NCBI GenBank assembly: GCA_038867615.1
Contig: JAWBYA010000003.1
Coordinates: forward strand, 192,001-256,000
DNA: 64,000 nt
Source: Sulfolobales archaeon
GTDB taxonomy: Archaea; Thermoproteota; Thermoprotei_A; Sulfolobales; AG1
Reading direction: 5' to 3'
How positions within the stretch are numbered: position 1 is the first letter of the stretch; every line of letters begins with the position of its first letter. The notes beneath the pieces were generated by a model. That model made no database searches, had not been told where the DNA came from, and saw only the letters and a program-made list of their open reading frames with translations. Of the stretch, positions 29,612-39,538 are shown in pieces. A program made the translations under genes and the position numbers.

Positions 29612-32125
29612 TTTTTCCAGCTCTCTGAGGCTAACACCTCTCAGATCTATTTCTATGTTACAGCCCATCGATACTAAGATCTTTCTCACCAACACTCTCA
29701 TAAGATCTAATGCCTCTTTCTCAGATATCCTCAACGTTTTCTCCACCTGGCTCCACGGGTGCCCTTGCAACGTCTTCACGATCGTTAGGAGCTCTTCTTT
29801 CTTATCAAGCCCTGCAGTGTAGCTGCCGCTCCAATAACCCCTCACGAGCTCTGCAATAGCATCGTTGCACACCTCATATGTCATAATCCCTTTCACGTAT
29901 AGCACAAGCCTCTCAAGATCTATCTTGTCAATTCTGCACAAAACACTACCAGGCGTTTCCCGGTTTTTTTGCACTCTCATTAAGAGCCTAGCAACCTCGG
30001 GCTCGAGATCCTTGTATGTATCGTGCATGCTTTCCAGTACTCTCTTTCTAAACCTACTGCTCATAATCTCGATCATATTGCTTGTCTCTCTATCAAGAGG
30101 CTTCATAACTATACATGTATACTCACCAGAAACAGGGTTTCTCTCAGGCGACATATGCACGGGCGTGAATCCGTTCTTTACCCAGAATCTGAGGAGCTCC
30201 TCAGTAGCTCCAAAGCCGGACCCTACCCATGAATACCCCTTGGAAATAGCCTCTTCTTCTATTCTCTTCAGAAACAGAGATCCTATCCCCTTACCCTGGG
30301 CATCTGGATGCACAGCTATTCTGACTATCCTCCACCCAATGGTTTTTGCAAAATCGACTAATCTATAGTGCTTAACCACCCTATCCGGTATAATATTCCC
30401 AGGCATCTTGCCTGTTGTGAGTATAGATCCCAGGTGGCTCTCTACAGGACCCTCCTCGGCAAGCTGTGCAGATGCTACTATTTTCCCACTAGGTGTTGCC
30501 ATAGCCCTAACGCTATGATGAGGCGCATCAGCGATCATTCCAAGATCGTCTGGCTCATTTCTATAGTGGGCTAGCACGTATATACCGAAAAGGCTTTTAA
30601 GAATAGACTCGCCTTTTTCTGTGAAGAGTTCTTCCGGGTCTAGCTTGAGGTATGTTAGCTCACCCCTAGCTATAGCTTCATAATCCTTCTCATCAAGCTT
30701 CTCTGGCTCAGCGTCTAGCAGGAGTGTTCTGAACTGCCAAGCCTCTACGGGGTCGTTGGCAGCATATCTTATAGGCTCGTTCATCTCCACAACTATTGTT
30801 GTTGACTTCTCATCAGATCTTATTCTCTTGAGGAACCTTAGAGTGAAACCCCTCCCAGCACCTTCATAGCCGTGGATTGTTGTTGCAAACACGGATCTGT
30901 TGGTGGACTCCCAGATCCTCCACAGCATATCCACGGGGAGCCCCGCGGCCTCGTCTACAATAGCTATATCTATATCGAGCTTAGGGATCACCGAGGGTTC
31001 CCAATACTCTATCGAGAACCTATCACCCTTGATCTCTATCACTCTCCCACCCTTCTTAACAACCCTATACGGGATCTTCATCATATCGAGGGTCTCTGTG
31101 GTCATTCTCATTAGCTGTTCCACGTTTAAAACAGACCTCGCGGTAACGCCGACCCTAACCTTGTTCTTGATCTTCAATAGCTCGTTTATCAAGCCCACAA
31201 TCCCTATCCCTATAGCACTACTCTTACCCCTACCCCTATCTGATACAACCACTATTGATGTTCTTTTCTTAGGCTTTTCAACTAGCTTCTCCAGCTCTGA
31301 TATAACTCTAACCTGATCCATTGTGAGAGCTTTTGAATAGATCTCCCTTGGGAAGAGTGTTTGCTGAGGAATCTCTATCTTTTCTCTCTGTGGCGATTTT
31401 CTCGGCTGCTCGGCTATCTTTATAATTTTATCTTCATCAGAGTCATAGATACTCACACCATCGCTTCTCAGCAGGTTATCTATGAACCATCTCACAAAAA
31501 CATTTCTAGGAACGGGTTTTTGGGGAACCGCTAGCTCCTCTCTGAAAAGGTTTCTCGCGCTGGGCCATTTATCCAGCGGGGGTGTTATGAATACCACAAC
31601 CCCTCCTCCCTCTACTATTCCTACGAGCCTTCCAACATCGTTTGGCTTTAGGCTATCGCTAAGATCCATTATAAGGGCGCTGAAAGTGGTTCCAAGATAT
31701 TTCTCGGAATCCTCATACCTGGTGATCTCCACCTCTGCGTCTTTACTTAGTTTTGATAAGAGTTCTCTGAAAACCCTAGCCCTGATCACCTCTTCGGCGA
31801 ACTCGTCGTGGTGGACATACAGGATCTTGGTTTTACCCTCTCTCCTGGTTGAGTATATACCTATAAGATCTGCGGTTATGAGTCCTTGCTTCACGGGATC
31901 CGAGCCTGTTATAACTACAAGAGTTCTGTGTCTAGTTACTCCTATTATCTTCAAGATCTTTTTATAATTCTTTCTAAAGCTTACGTAGTTACCCTTAAGA
32001 ATCTCTTTGAGCATTTTTCTGGTTATCTTTAACCCTTTCCCACCGCCCTCCGAATCCCTTGCAGCCATCTGATCTCTGATAAGTATTACAACTAAGGCTC
32101 TATATAATTCTTGATCGTTGGTCAC
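29606..32125 (-). CDS. tmcA: tRNA(Met)/RNA cytidine acetyltransferase (TmcA/Nat10)
   Basis: DRGRGKS, DEAA, TTIHGYEGAGRGF, AHYRNEPDDL, RIVRIAVHP..QGKGIG GNAT domain. Confidence 0.93.
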   Translation of the reverse strand: MTNDQELYRALVVILIRDQMAARDSEGGGKGLKITRKMLKEILKGNYVSFRKNYKKILKIIGVTRHRTLVVITGSDPVKQGLITADLIGIYSTRREGKTKILYVHHDEFAEEVIRARVFRELLSKLSKDAEVEITRYEDSEKYLGTTFSALIMDLSDSLKPNDVGRLVGIVEGGGVVVFITPPLDKWPSARNLFREELAVPQKPVPRNVFVRWFIDNLLRSDGVSIYDSDEDKIIKIAEQPRKSPQREKIEIPQQTLFPREIYSKALTMDQVRVISELEKLVEKPKKRTSIVVVSDRGRGKSSAIGIGIVGLINELLKIKNKVRVGVTARSVLNVEQLMRMTTETLDMMKIPYRVVKKGGRVIEIKGDRFSIEYWEPSVIPKLDIDIAIVDEAAGLPVDMLWRIWESTNRSVFATTIHGYEGAGRGFTLRFLKRIRSDEKSTTIVVEMNEPIRYAANDPVEAWQFRTLLLDAEPEKLDEKDYEAIARGELTYLKLDPEELFTEKGESILKSLFGIYVLAHYRNEPDDLGMIADAPHHSVRAMATPSGKIVASAQLAEEGPVESHLGSILTTGKMPGNIIPDRVVKHYRLVDFAKTIGWRIVRIAVHPDAQGKGIGSLFLKRIEEEAISKGYSWVGSGFGATEELLRFWVKNGFTPVHMSPERNPVSGEYTCIVMKPLDRETSNMIEIMSSRFRKRVLESMHDTYKDLEPEVARLLMRVQKNRETPGSVLCRIDKIDLERLVLYVKGIMTYEVCNDAIAELVRGYWSGSYTAGLDKKEELLTIVKTLQGHPWSQVEKTLRISEKEALDLMRVLVRKILVSMGCNIEIDLRGVSLRELEKL

Positions 32126-32130
32126 ATTCG

Positions 32131-33369
32131 CTATCTAGCCTGTTTCTTCCTGGTCGAGACGATCTTCACAATATCGCCATCGCTTAGCACATGATCAGCA
32201 CCAAGTCTTGATTTTGTTTTTGCATCTATAGCGTGTAGGAACCCCTCGCCCAGCTCAGTATGGATCATATACGCCAGCTCCCTAGCTGTTACACCCCTTC
32301 TCGCCAGGATCGCGTCGGGCAGTATATTCCCACTACTATCGCACATCCTAACAGGATCCTCTACAGGGTATACCACGATCATATCTAGGGCATCTAAAAC
32401 AGCGGTGTTAATGATCCTCTGTACCCCTGTACCTCCAAACCTCTCCATAAAAGACCTTATCTTCTCTAGAGCCTTCTCCTGAGCAGGCGTCATTCTACCT
32501 CTATCTATAACCACGTAATCACGATCTCCAGGAATATACTTGATCAACCCGGCTGCCGACGCTCTTCTAAGGGCTAGTTCTGCCTCAGCCGATATTGGCA
32601 CCATTATTCTTCCCTGCAGCCTTTTCTCAAGACTCTTTATGATATCAATAGCCTCCGGGATATCGGCTTTGTTAGCAGCTATAATAGTTGGTTTAGAGAT
32701 CCTCCGCAGACTTGATACGAAGATCTGTAGCTCCTCATCCCTCCACGAAGAGAACTTACTTCCAGAGAGCTTTGTCTCTTCCAAAGCCCTCACTACATGG
32801 TTCTTCTTTATCGAGAGCCCTGAGAGCCTCTGGGAGAGCCTCTCTATAGCCTCTGAGAGTGGTAATGCGTCCAACGCTTTTGAGAGCCTACTCCAGTCAC
32901 TCTTTATTATAGAGGTTAGCCATAGGTCGAACTCCCTCTCTATGAGGATAACATCGTCGTAGGGATCATAGCTTCCAGGCTTAACAGGCCTACCCTCAGG
33001 ATCTGTTGAGCCAGAGGCATCTATTACATGGATAAGAACGTCAGCCTGCCTGAGGCTGTCGAGGAACTTGTTACCAAGCCCTCTCCCCTCGTGGGCTCCT
33101 GCGACAAGTCCTGGTACGTCTATTATTTTCACTGGCACAAACCTGTTCCCCTCTATACATATCGAGTTCCTAGCATCACACCTAGGTAGTCCGAGGGTTT
33201 TGTGGGGGCATGTCTGTCTAATATACCCTATACCTACATTTGGCTCTAGGGTTACGAAGGGTCTGTTCTCGATCTTTACTGGTATCATTGTTAGGGCTGA
33301 GAATAGTGTTGACTTACCCACGTTGGTTTTGCCTATGATGCCGACGAGCACGCTTGTTTGGGTTACCAT
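32131..33369 (-). CDS. ychF: Obg-family translation-associated GTPase/ATPase YchF with TGS domain
   Basis: GKTNVGKST, PFVTLEPNVG, DVPGLV.GAHEGRGLGNKFL, ANKAD, IHTELG. Confidence 0.92.
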   Translation of the reverse strand: MVTQTSVLVGIIGKTNVGKSTLFSALTMIPVKIENRPFVTLEPNVGIGYIRQTCPHKTLGLPRCDARNSICIEGNRFVPVKIIDVPGLVAGAHEGRGLGNKFLDSLRQADVLIHVIDASGSTDPEGRPVKPGSYDPYDDVILIEREFDLWLTSIIKSDWSRLSKALDALPLSEAIERLSQRLSGLSIKKNHVVRALEETKLSGSKFSSWRDEELQIFVSSLRRISKPTIIAANKADIPEAIDIIKSLEKRLQGRIMVPISAEAELALRRASAAGLIKYIPGDRDYVVIDRGRMTPAQEKALEKIRSFMERFGGTGVQRIINTAVLDALDMIVVYPVEDPVRMCDSSGNILPDAILARRGVTARELAYMIHTELGEGFLHAIDAKTKSRLGADHVLSDGDIVKIVSTRKKQAR

Positions 33370-33421
33370 CTATGCTTGTAACCCCTCTACACTACTACCC
33401 TCTGCTCTCTATATATTTTAT

Positions 33422-34384
33422 TCAGCATTCGAGATCCATTTCCTGTGAGCATATGGATGCAATGCTAGAGATCCTCTTAGAGATCTCCATCGGATCCTTA
33501 CCACCTATGTATGTTATCGGCTCAACCCCGATTCCTCCAAGATCTATAACTGCATCAACGCCCCGCTCTACAAAGGCATTGCTAACATCAGCTACTATTG
33601 TGTCCTCATCTACATAGCCTCTTCGAGCCTGGATCACTTCGTACTTGAGCCCGAGCTTCTTGAGCGCATCTATAACACACTTGATGGCTTTGATGTTTGC
33701 TATTGCTCTAAGATCTCTTCTCCTCCTAGCTATATTAAGCAGTATTTTTCCCAGATGCCTACTAGCCCCCCATGTGGGTTTTGACACAGTAGCTATAGAT
33801 CTTCCCACTTTCGTTATCCTCCCAGGAAATGCTGCTATATCGTTGAGAGATATCGCACCTTCTTTTGCATATGCTATGTTCATAAGCACCTCTGGGATTA
33901 GTATGTACACACACTTCTCTCGGGATAGATATTCATAGGCGTTCTCGAGAGCCTTGAGGACATTCACGCCGGAAGGTATCTGTATTATTTCTGAGCATAT
34001 CCTGCAATCAGGCGGTATGCTTGGATCAAGCTTTCTATGGGCCTCGCATAGCCTTAGCTCTGATAACCACCTAAGTATTTGCTCGGTGAGTATGCTGAGG
34101 GCATCAACCTTCCTATCCTCCTTAACCAGTGCAAGGATCCTCTCTACCAGTGAGTGGAACTCGGCACCATTAATACCTGCCGCAGAGATCTTCGCCAGGA
34201 TCTTTTCCTCTGAATATGCAGGGCTTCTAATATATATGTTAACAGTAGGCTGTGTAACCCCAAGGATCTTTGCTATCTGCATCTGGGTATAACCCTCACT
34301 CCACAGCCTTCTAGCCAGTGCAGCCTTAACAGGTGTCGATATGTATTCCTCAACCACATCGAATGGTAGTCTCAATCTCCTCAA
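33422..34384 (-). CDS. HTH + ThiN-domain transcriptional regulator (ThiR-like)
   Basis: N-terminal HTH (TQMQIAKILGVTQPTVNIY), LCEAH..C..C, ThiN-like LIPEV, FPGRI, GASRH, GVEP. Confidence 0.85.
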   Translation of the reverse strand: MRRLRLPFDVVEEYISTPVKAALARRLWSEGYTQMQIAKILGVTQPTVNIYIRSPAYSEEKILAKISAAGINGAEFHSLVERILALVKEDRKVDALSILTEQILRWLSELRLCEAHRKLDPSIPPDCRICSEIIQIPSGVNVLKALENAYEYLSREKCVYILIPEVLMNIAYAKEGAISLNDIAAFPGRITKVGRSIATVSKPTWGASRHLGKILLNIARRRRDLRAIANIKAIKCVIDALKKLGLKYEVIQARRGYVDEDTIVADVSNAFVERGVDAVIDLGGIGVEPITYIGGKDPMEISKRISSIASICSQEMDLEC

Positions 34385-34651
34385 ACATATTATTGCTAGT
34401 CTATTTTTATCCCTATAGAGTGGTTATTATTATGTATTAACATGCGAATCCGCATTATGTTAGCGTTGACGCGGTCCGTGGTTTTCGACAGTTTAGACAA
34501 GCCAGTAGGGCTTAGAAGATCTCCAAGAATATTACCTTAGTTCTCACCAACATGGCGAAACCCATGATTGTTTGTATAAGCTGTGTAGATTGTAACGCAC
34601 GGCTTATCTTTATATCGCTTTAAAGGGAAGATCTATTGTTGGGAGGGTATT

Positions 34652-35803
34652 GTGGAGGGGATAGCAGACCTACCGTTACACAGCGGTGCTGTGCCGAGAT
34701 GGCTTTATGAGTATATGGAGAGGCTTGGGCGTGCGATAATAGAGGTTCTTATCGAGGAGTATGGCCCTAGCGAGGTGGTTAGGAGGTTCTCAGACCCTCT
34801 CTGGTTCCAGGCATTCAATAATGCTATCGGTATGGATTGGGATAGTAGTGGCTCTACCACGGTTGTTCTCAGGATTCTCAAGAATATTAGCTGGAATAAA
34901 GATCTAGGTTTTCTTGTTCTCGGGGGTAAGGGTGCTGAGTCGAGAAGAATTCCTGAGGAGAGCACCATAGCTGTTGAGAAGCTAGGCCTTGGCGAGGATC
35001 AGGGCTCTGTGATTAGGAGGGTTAGCTATATCGGTGCTAAGATCGATAGTGTTTTGTTACAAGACGGTCACCAGATCTATATACACGGGATCATGGTTTC
35101 TGAGGATGGTTTATGGACTATAATCCAGCAGGGTATGAACATAGAGAGGGGGTATGCTAGGAGGTATCATCTCTCAAGCGATACCTTCAGGGATCTTCCA
35201 TGGAATCCCCATAGCGGTTTAGCATCTAACCAGATCCTAAAGCCCCTCAATCTAACAGATAACGGCTCTATGGATACTGTGAAGCTGATTGAGGATCTCT
35301 TCTCACAGAGCGTGTCAAAAATAATAAGCGACATAGCTTTGGCAGACGCGTGTATAAGGGGTAAAAGAACACTTATAGGCAACCCCTGTAGGGGTTCTAG
35401 GAGAGAGTTCACCATAGGCTACTATAAACCTGTGAGCATTAATGCAGGGCTCATAGAGGCTATAAACAGGGCTCAGCTGGAAGGAGCTAGAAGAATAGTC
35501 GATATACTCGGTGCGAGGGGCTTTGGTCCAGAAGCGATGAGGGCTCTGGTGTTGGTGGCTGATTTGATATATGGCTATACACCTTCTAATAAAGATCCTG
35601 TGAGCCACCCGATGGATCCTTTCAAATACTCATACGCTCACGGCGGGAAAGACGGGGTTCCATATAGGGTGAGAAGGGATTTGCTTGAGAGAACCATAGT
35701 AACTCTTGAAGAGGCTGTTGAGAGGGCGAGGCTTGGTAGGAAGGAGGCTATGGAGAGTCTTAAAAGGCTTGCAAGGTTCTCCTCAATGATCCTGGATGGA
35801 TAG
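34652..35803 (+). CDS. DUF763 family protein
   Basis: GIADLPLH.G.VPRWL, DPLWFQA, GMDWDSSGSTT, AKID..LQDG, QQGMN..ARRYH, AHGGKDGVPY. Confidence 0.9.
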   Translation: MEGIADLPLHSGAVPRWLYEYMERLGRAIIEVLIEEYGPSEVVRRFSDPLWFQAFNNAIGMDWDSSGSTTVVLRILKNISWNKDLGFLVLGGKGAESRRIPEESTIAVEKLGLGEDQGSVIRRVSYIGAKIDSVLLQDGHQIYIHGIMVSEDGLWTIIQQGMNIERGYARRYHLSSDTFRDLPWNPHSGLASNQILKPLNLTDNGSMDTVKLIEDLFSQSVSKIISDIALADACIRGKRTLIGNPCRGSRREFTIGYYKPVSINAGLIEAINRAQLEGARRIVDILGARGFGPEAMRALVLVADLIYGYTPSNKDPVSHPMDPFKYSYAHGGKDGVPYRVRRDLLERTIVTLEEAVERARLGRKEAMESLKRLARFSSMILDG

Positions 35804-35856
35804 CTTTACCGCTTATTACCCGCCTCAACCATGCTTATCGTTGGAGGCGGTAGGGA

Positions 35857-36696
35857 ATAGAGGTTTATGTCGAGGTACTTCTACTCTTCCTAACAGGCTT
35901 TCTTGGAGGGCTTATAGGCGCCTTAACAGGGCTTGGCGGTAGCGCCATAGCTACGCCAATCCTTGTGAGCTATCTAGGCATCCCTCTCAGGGTAGCGATA
36001 GGGTCAGGAATAATAACCACAATAGCTAATAGTAGCACTAGCGGTGCAGGCTACCTAGCCAAGGGTATTGCTAACCTGAGGGTTGGGTATTCACTAGCTA
36101 TAGCAACTATCCTCGGATCCATAGTTGGGGTTATAATAAACATAAACATTCCAACAAAGATCCTCTATATAGTGTTCGGCGTTGTTCTAGCCATAGCACC
36201 GCTACCCGGCATTATATCTCGCAAGGATCAGATTTTCGTCGTTAGACATACCAATCAGGATCCAATATCTATGAAGCTGGGCCTTAGGGGTAGCTATTAC
36301 GATGAGAACAAGAAAGCCCGTATTGAATATGTAGGGTCTAGGTATCCCCTATCTTTCCTATCAATGATGGGTGCAGGGATCATCTCAGGCCTCCTCGGGA
36401 TAGGTGCTGGCGCCTTCAAAGTCCTATCAATGGACTATGTTATGGGGCTTCCATTCAAGGTATCAACAGCAACAAGCTCGTTCATGATAGGGTTAACAGC
36501 AACATCCGGCGGTATACAGTACCTAATACTCGGTTATGCTGACCCACTTCTAGTATCCCTACTAGTCCCTGGGGTCATACTAGGCTCATACGTATCATCA
36601 AGGATCCTTAACAAGCTTGCGAGCAAGACCCTTAGGTATATATTTACGGTCGTTGTATGGCTGCTGGCTATAGAGATGATATGGAGGGGTTTATAG
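35857..36696 (+). CDS. TauE/SafE sulfite exporter family permease (start extended to a putative ATA)
   Basis: In-frame upstream GFLGGLIGALTGLGGSAIATPIL motif precedes the track's GTG at 35965; second repeat GIISGLLGIGAG..KVSTATS. Confidence 0.8.
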   Translation: MEVYVEVLLLFLTGFLGGLIGALTGLGGSAIATPILVSYLGIPLRVAIGSGIITTIANSSTSGAGYLAKGIANLRVGYSLAIATILGSIVGVIININIPTKILYIVFGVVLAIAPLPGIISRKDQIFVVRHTNQDPISMKLGLRGSYYDENKKARIEYVGSRYPLSFLSMMGAGIISGLLGIGAGAFKVLSMDYVMGLPFKVSTATSSFMIGLTATSGGIQYLILGYADPLLVSLLVPGVILGSYVSSRILNKLASKTLRYIFTVVVWLLAIEMIWRGL

Positions 36697-37077
36697 ATGG
36701 GAAGCCCCGGCTTGGCTGAGCGTACTGTGTATAGCATCTTAAAACTTTCTGTGTTAGCCTCGCTAGTAGTTATAGCAGTAGGTATTGTATGGATGTTTTA
36801 CCATCTACACATTCAGGGCTTTCCGACAGATAAGTGGCTCACCTTTAATGGTACACGTATAAGTGACTTTGCACACATGATCTCTAGAATGGATCCTCGG
36901 GGGATTCTAGGGCTTTCAGCAGTTATCCTGATACTAGGCGTGGTTCTAGCTATAGTCTCGGTGCTCATAACCTCTCTAAGAACGAGAGATAACAGTCTAG
37001 CGATCGTTTCAGCAGTACTTCTAATACTCATACTGATCTCGACATCGATAGGTCTGATAATAAAGTCTAGAGGCTAA
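36697..37077 (+). CDS. DUF1634-like membrane protein
   Basis: 3 TM helices directly after tauE, the usual partner position. Confidence 0.65.
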   Translation: MGSPGLAERTVYSILKLSVLASLVVIAVGIVWMFYHLHIQGFPTDKWLTFNGTRISDFAHMISRMDPRGILGLSAVILILGVVLAIVSVLITSLRTRDNSLAIVSAVLLILILISTSIGLIIKSRG

Positions 37078-37196
37078 CTTGCTCTTACGGATCGTTTTCT
37101 ACAGATATTTCTGGAAAGCTTTAGAGATCTATTGGCTTAACTTCTATAGCAGGTGGTTTTAGTGTTTTTATCACATAGCAATACAATATTTCCCTA

Positions 37197-37577
37197 TCAT
37201 CTCCTAGATATAGCGGTTCTCGAGGTTTTCATTGATATATAGCCTGTGATCGCGATCACGATAACCAGCATAACGCCAAGGACCATGTGGATGTCCGAAA
37301 CGATTATTGAAGGGGAGAAATATATGTGCATTCCTAGGGCTACCTGAGAAAGTGTTAGCAGCAACGCTATGAGTGAGAATATCTTGAGGAGAGGGGATCC
37401 TTGAGATCTTATTGAGCTATAGGTTAGAAAGACTATGAGGATCAGACCAACGATCCCGATCGTTGCGTGGAGATCCCTAAGGTAGTAGAGACCATAAAAA
37501 ACCATAGCGAGACCCAATATATACTGTACAATAACACCCACACCAACCAGGAGGCTGATCAGCCCAACAAGCCTCAT
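37197..37577 (-). CDS. Hypothetical 4-TM membrane protein
   Basis: Hydrophobic ORF with repeated Q..LG / H..(I/L)G motifs. Confidence 0.7.
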   Translation of the reverse strand: MRLVGLISLLVGVGVIVQYILGLAMVFYGLYYLRDLHATIGIVGLILIVFLTYSSIRSQGSPLLKIFSLIALLLTLSQVALGMHIYFSPSIIVSDIHMVLGVMLVIVIAITGYISMKTSRTAISRR

Positions 37578-37652
37578 GGTATATACCAGAATGTAATAGT
37601 TGTAAAGGATAAAAACCCAAATGACAATAATATATATATGGCGGGGCAGTGC

Positions 37653-37729
37653 AGCGGGGTAGGGCAGCCAGGTAGCCCGCGGGGCTCATAACCCCGAGGT
37701 CGGTGGTTCAAATCCACCCCCCGCTACCA
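37653..37729 (+). tRNA. Initiator tRNA-Met(CAT)
   Basis: A1-U72 pair (AGCGGGG...CCCCGCT), GGG/CCC anticodon stem CGGGG-CTCATAA-CCCCG, encoded CCA. Confidence 0.96.
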
Positions 37730-37811
37730 ATAAACCCCCGCCGCCAATGGTAGAAAACCTGGTTGCTTCCAAACAATTATAAATAATCCTCTTCTTCTAG
37801 ATGGTTTGTAG

Positions 37812-38072
37812 GTGTTGCTCTTGGATCTCAGAGAGGCTCAGGATCTTATAGCAAAGCTATACCTTCAAAGGGATAGAGGGAGGGGCGTTTTCGCTACATT
37901 TACATGGTTTGTTGAGGAGGTGGGGGAACTTGCTGAGGCTATACTAGGAGGTGATAAAGACTCGATGGAAGAGGAAATAGCCGATGTGCTTGCATGGCTC
38001 CTCTCTATAGCTAATCTTGTTGATGTTGATGTTGAGAAGGCTTTCAAGAAAAAATATGTTAAAGGTAACTAG
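37812..38072 (+). CDS. MazG-like nucleotide pyrophosphohydrolase
   Basis: WFVEEVGELAEAI...EEEIADVLAWLLSIAN. Confidence 0.9.
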   Translation: MLLLDLREAQDLIAKLYLQRDRGRGVFATFTWFVEEVGELAEAILGGDKDSMEEEIADVLAWLLSIANLVDVDVEKAFKKKYVKGN

Positions 38073-38261
38073 AATTGCTTCTTTTCTAATAATATCTAGA
38101 GAATGTTGACAATATATAGGACGATCATGCCACGTATTCCTGGATGTTGATGGGCTTGGTAGTTGTCCATAAGCAACAGGATCCATGGGTCTCCTGCTAG
38201 GTGGAAGCTTCCTGGTATGAGGGAAGAACAAAAATATCAACAAGCATCCAATGATAAACAA

Positions 38262-39296
38262 CTAGTAGAAGCCTGGTGGTTTTACTCTAAGTACCTCTTT
38301 GTTAACTAATGTCGGAGGCTCTCTCCCAGCTGCGAATGCTAGTAGGTTCTCTACAGCTAGGAGGGCCATTGCGAGTCTTGTCTCTCTAGTTGCAGAGCCT
38401 ATATGAGGTGTGAGCACCACGTTCTTGAACCTGGTTAGGGGGTGGTTTGGGTTGAGGGGTTCCTCCTCATAGACATCTAAACCAGCACCGGCTATCCAGC
38501 CTTTCTCTAGTGCTTCTATGAGTGCTTCTGTATCTATTACAGCCCCTCTGGAGGTGTTTATAACTATAGCTCCTCTCTTTACCTTATTTAGCCTCTCTCT
38601 ATTAATCATATGCCTGGTCTCTTTTGTTAGGGGGACATGTATTGAGATTATATCGCTGTTTGAGAGAAGATCATCGAGATCTCTATACTCGGCTCCAAGC
38701 TCTTTCTCCAAGTTCTCAGGAAGTCTTCTCCTACTATAGTAGATGATCTTCATGTTAAAGGCTTTCGCTCTTCTGGCAACAGCAATACCTATACGCCCCA
38801 TTCCTATTATACCTAAGGTCTTTCCATATAGCTCCATGCCAAGCATCATTTTGGGATGAAATGGGGTTCCTGTTCTCCACCATTCACCCCATCTAACGAA
38901 ATGGTCTCCCTCGACGATTCTTCTAGCAGTAGCTAGTATGAGGGCTAGTGCTAGATCTGCTGTAGCTTCTGTAAGCACTCCTGGTGTGTTGGTTACATAT
39001 ATACCATGCTGGGTTGCGCACTCTACATCTATATTATCATAGCCAACAGCCATGTTGGCTATGATCCTTATCTTGTGAGAAATACTTCTAATCATATCGC
39101 AATCAAATCTATCGATAGGCATGCTGAGCACGGCGTCGAATTCTGCAAGCTTTTTCCTCAGAAACTCGTAAGGCGGGTGCTGGTATCTATCCCAGACTTC
39201 ATAATCATATACGCCCTCAAGCTTCTTGAGAGCTTCATCAAAGATCTCTCTGGTTATGTAGAGCCGAGGCTTTGACGAACCAGAACTCTTATTCAT
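38262..39296 (-). CDS. gyaR: Glyoxylate reductase (D-2-hydroxyacid dehydrogenase)
   Basis: AVGYDNID, TNTPGVLTEATAD, GMGRIG, NTSRG, GLDVYEEEP, PHIGSAT. Confidence 0.9.
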   Translation of the reverse strand: MNKSSGSSKPRLYITREIFDEALKKLEGVYDYEVWDRYQHPPYEFLRKKLAEFDAVLSMPIDRFDCDMIRSISHKIRIIANMAVGYDNIDVECATQHGIYVTNTPGVLTEATADLALALILATARRIVEGDHFVRWGEWWRTGTPFHPKMMLGMELYGKTLGIIGMGRIGIAVARRAKAFNMKIIYYSRRRLPENLEKELGAEYRDLDDLLSNSDIISIHVPLTKETRHMINRERLNKVKRGAIVINTSRGAVIDTEALIEALEKGWIAGAGLDVYEEEPLNPNHPLTRFKNVVLTPHIGSATRETRLAMALLAVENLLAFAAGREPPTLVNKEVLRVKPPGFY

Positions 39297-39424
39297 ATAA
39301 CTTCCCAGGTATATAGATAACTGGCTGTCTATTAGCTATAAAGCTTTGTCTCTCGAATTGTGTTTTACATCACCAAGCCGTTGGTTCATTCATGCTATAT
39401 AGTGCTGGGATGGTAATTATTAAT

Positions 39425-39480
39425 GGACGTGATGTATACGCCATCGGCTGAGAGGTGATGTGATCCGCTCCCCTGATAGT
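39425..39480 (+). ncRNA. C/D-box guide sRNA
   Basis: C GTGATGT 39429-35, guide atacgccatcgg, D' CTGA 39448-51, C' GTGATGT 39455-61, guide gatccgctccc, D CTGA 39473-76. Confidence 0.85.
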
Positions 39481-39538
39481 ATATGTAGACATTGAAACAG
39501 ATCTACATTGTTTCGATAGGTAAAGCCTTAACGACTCT

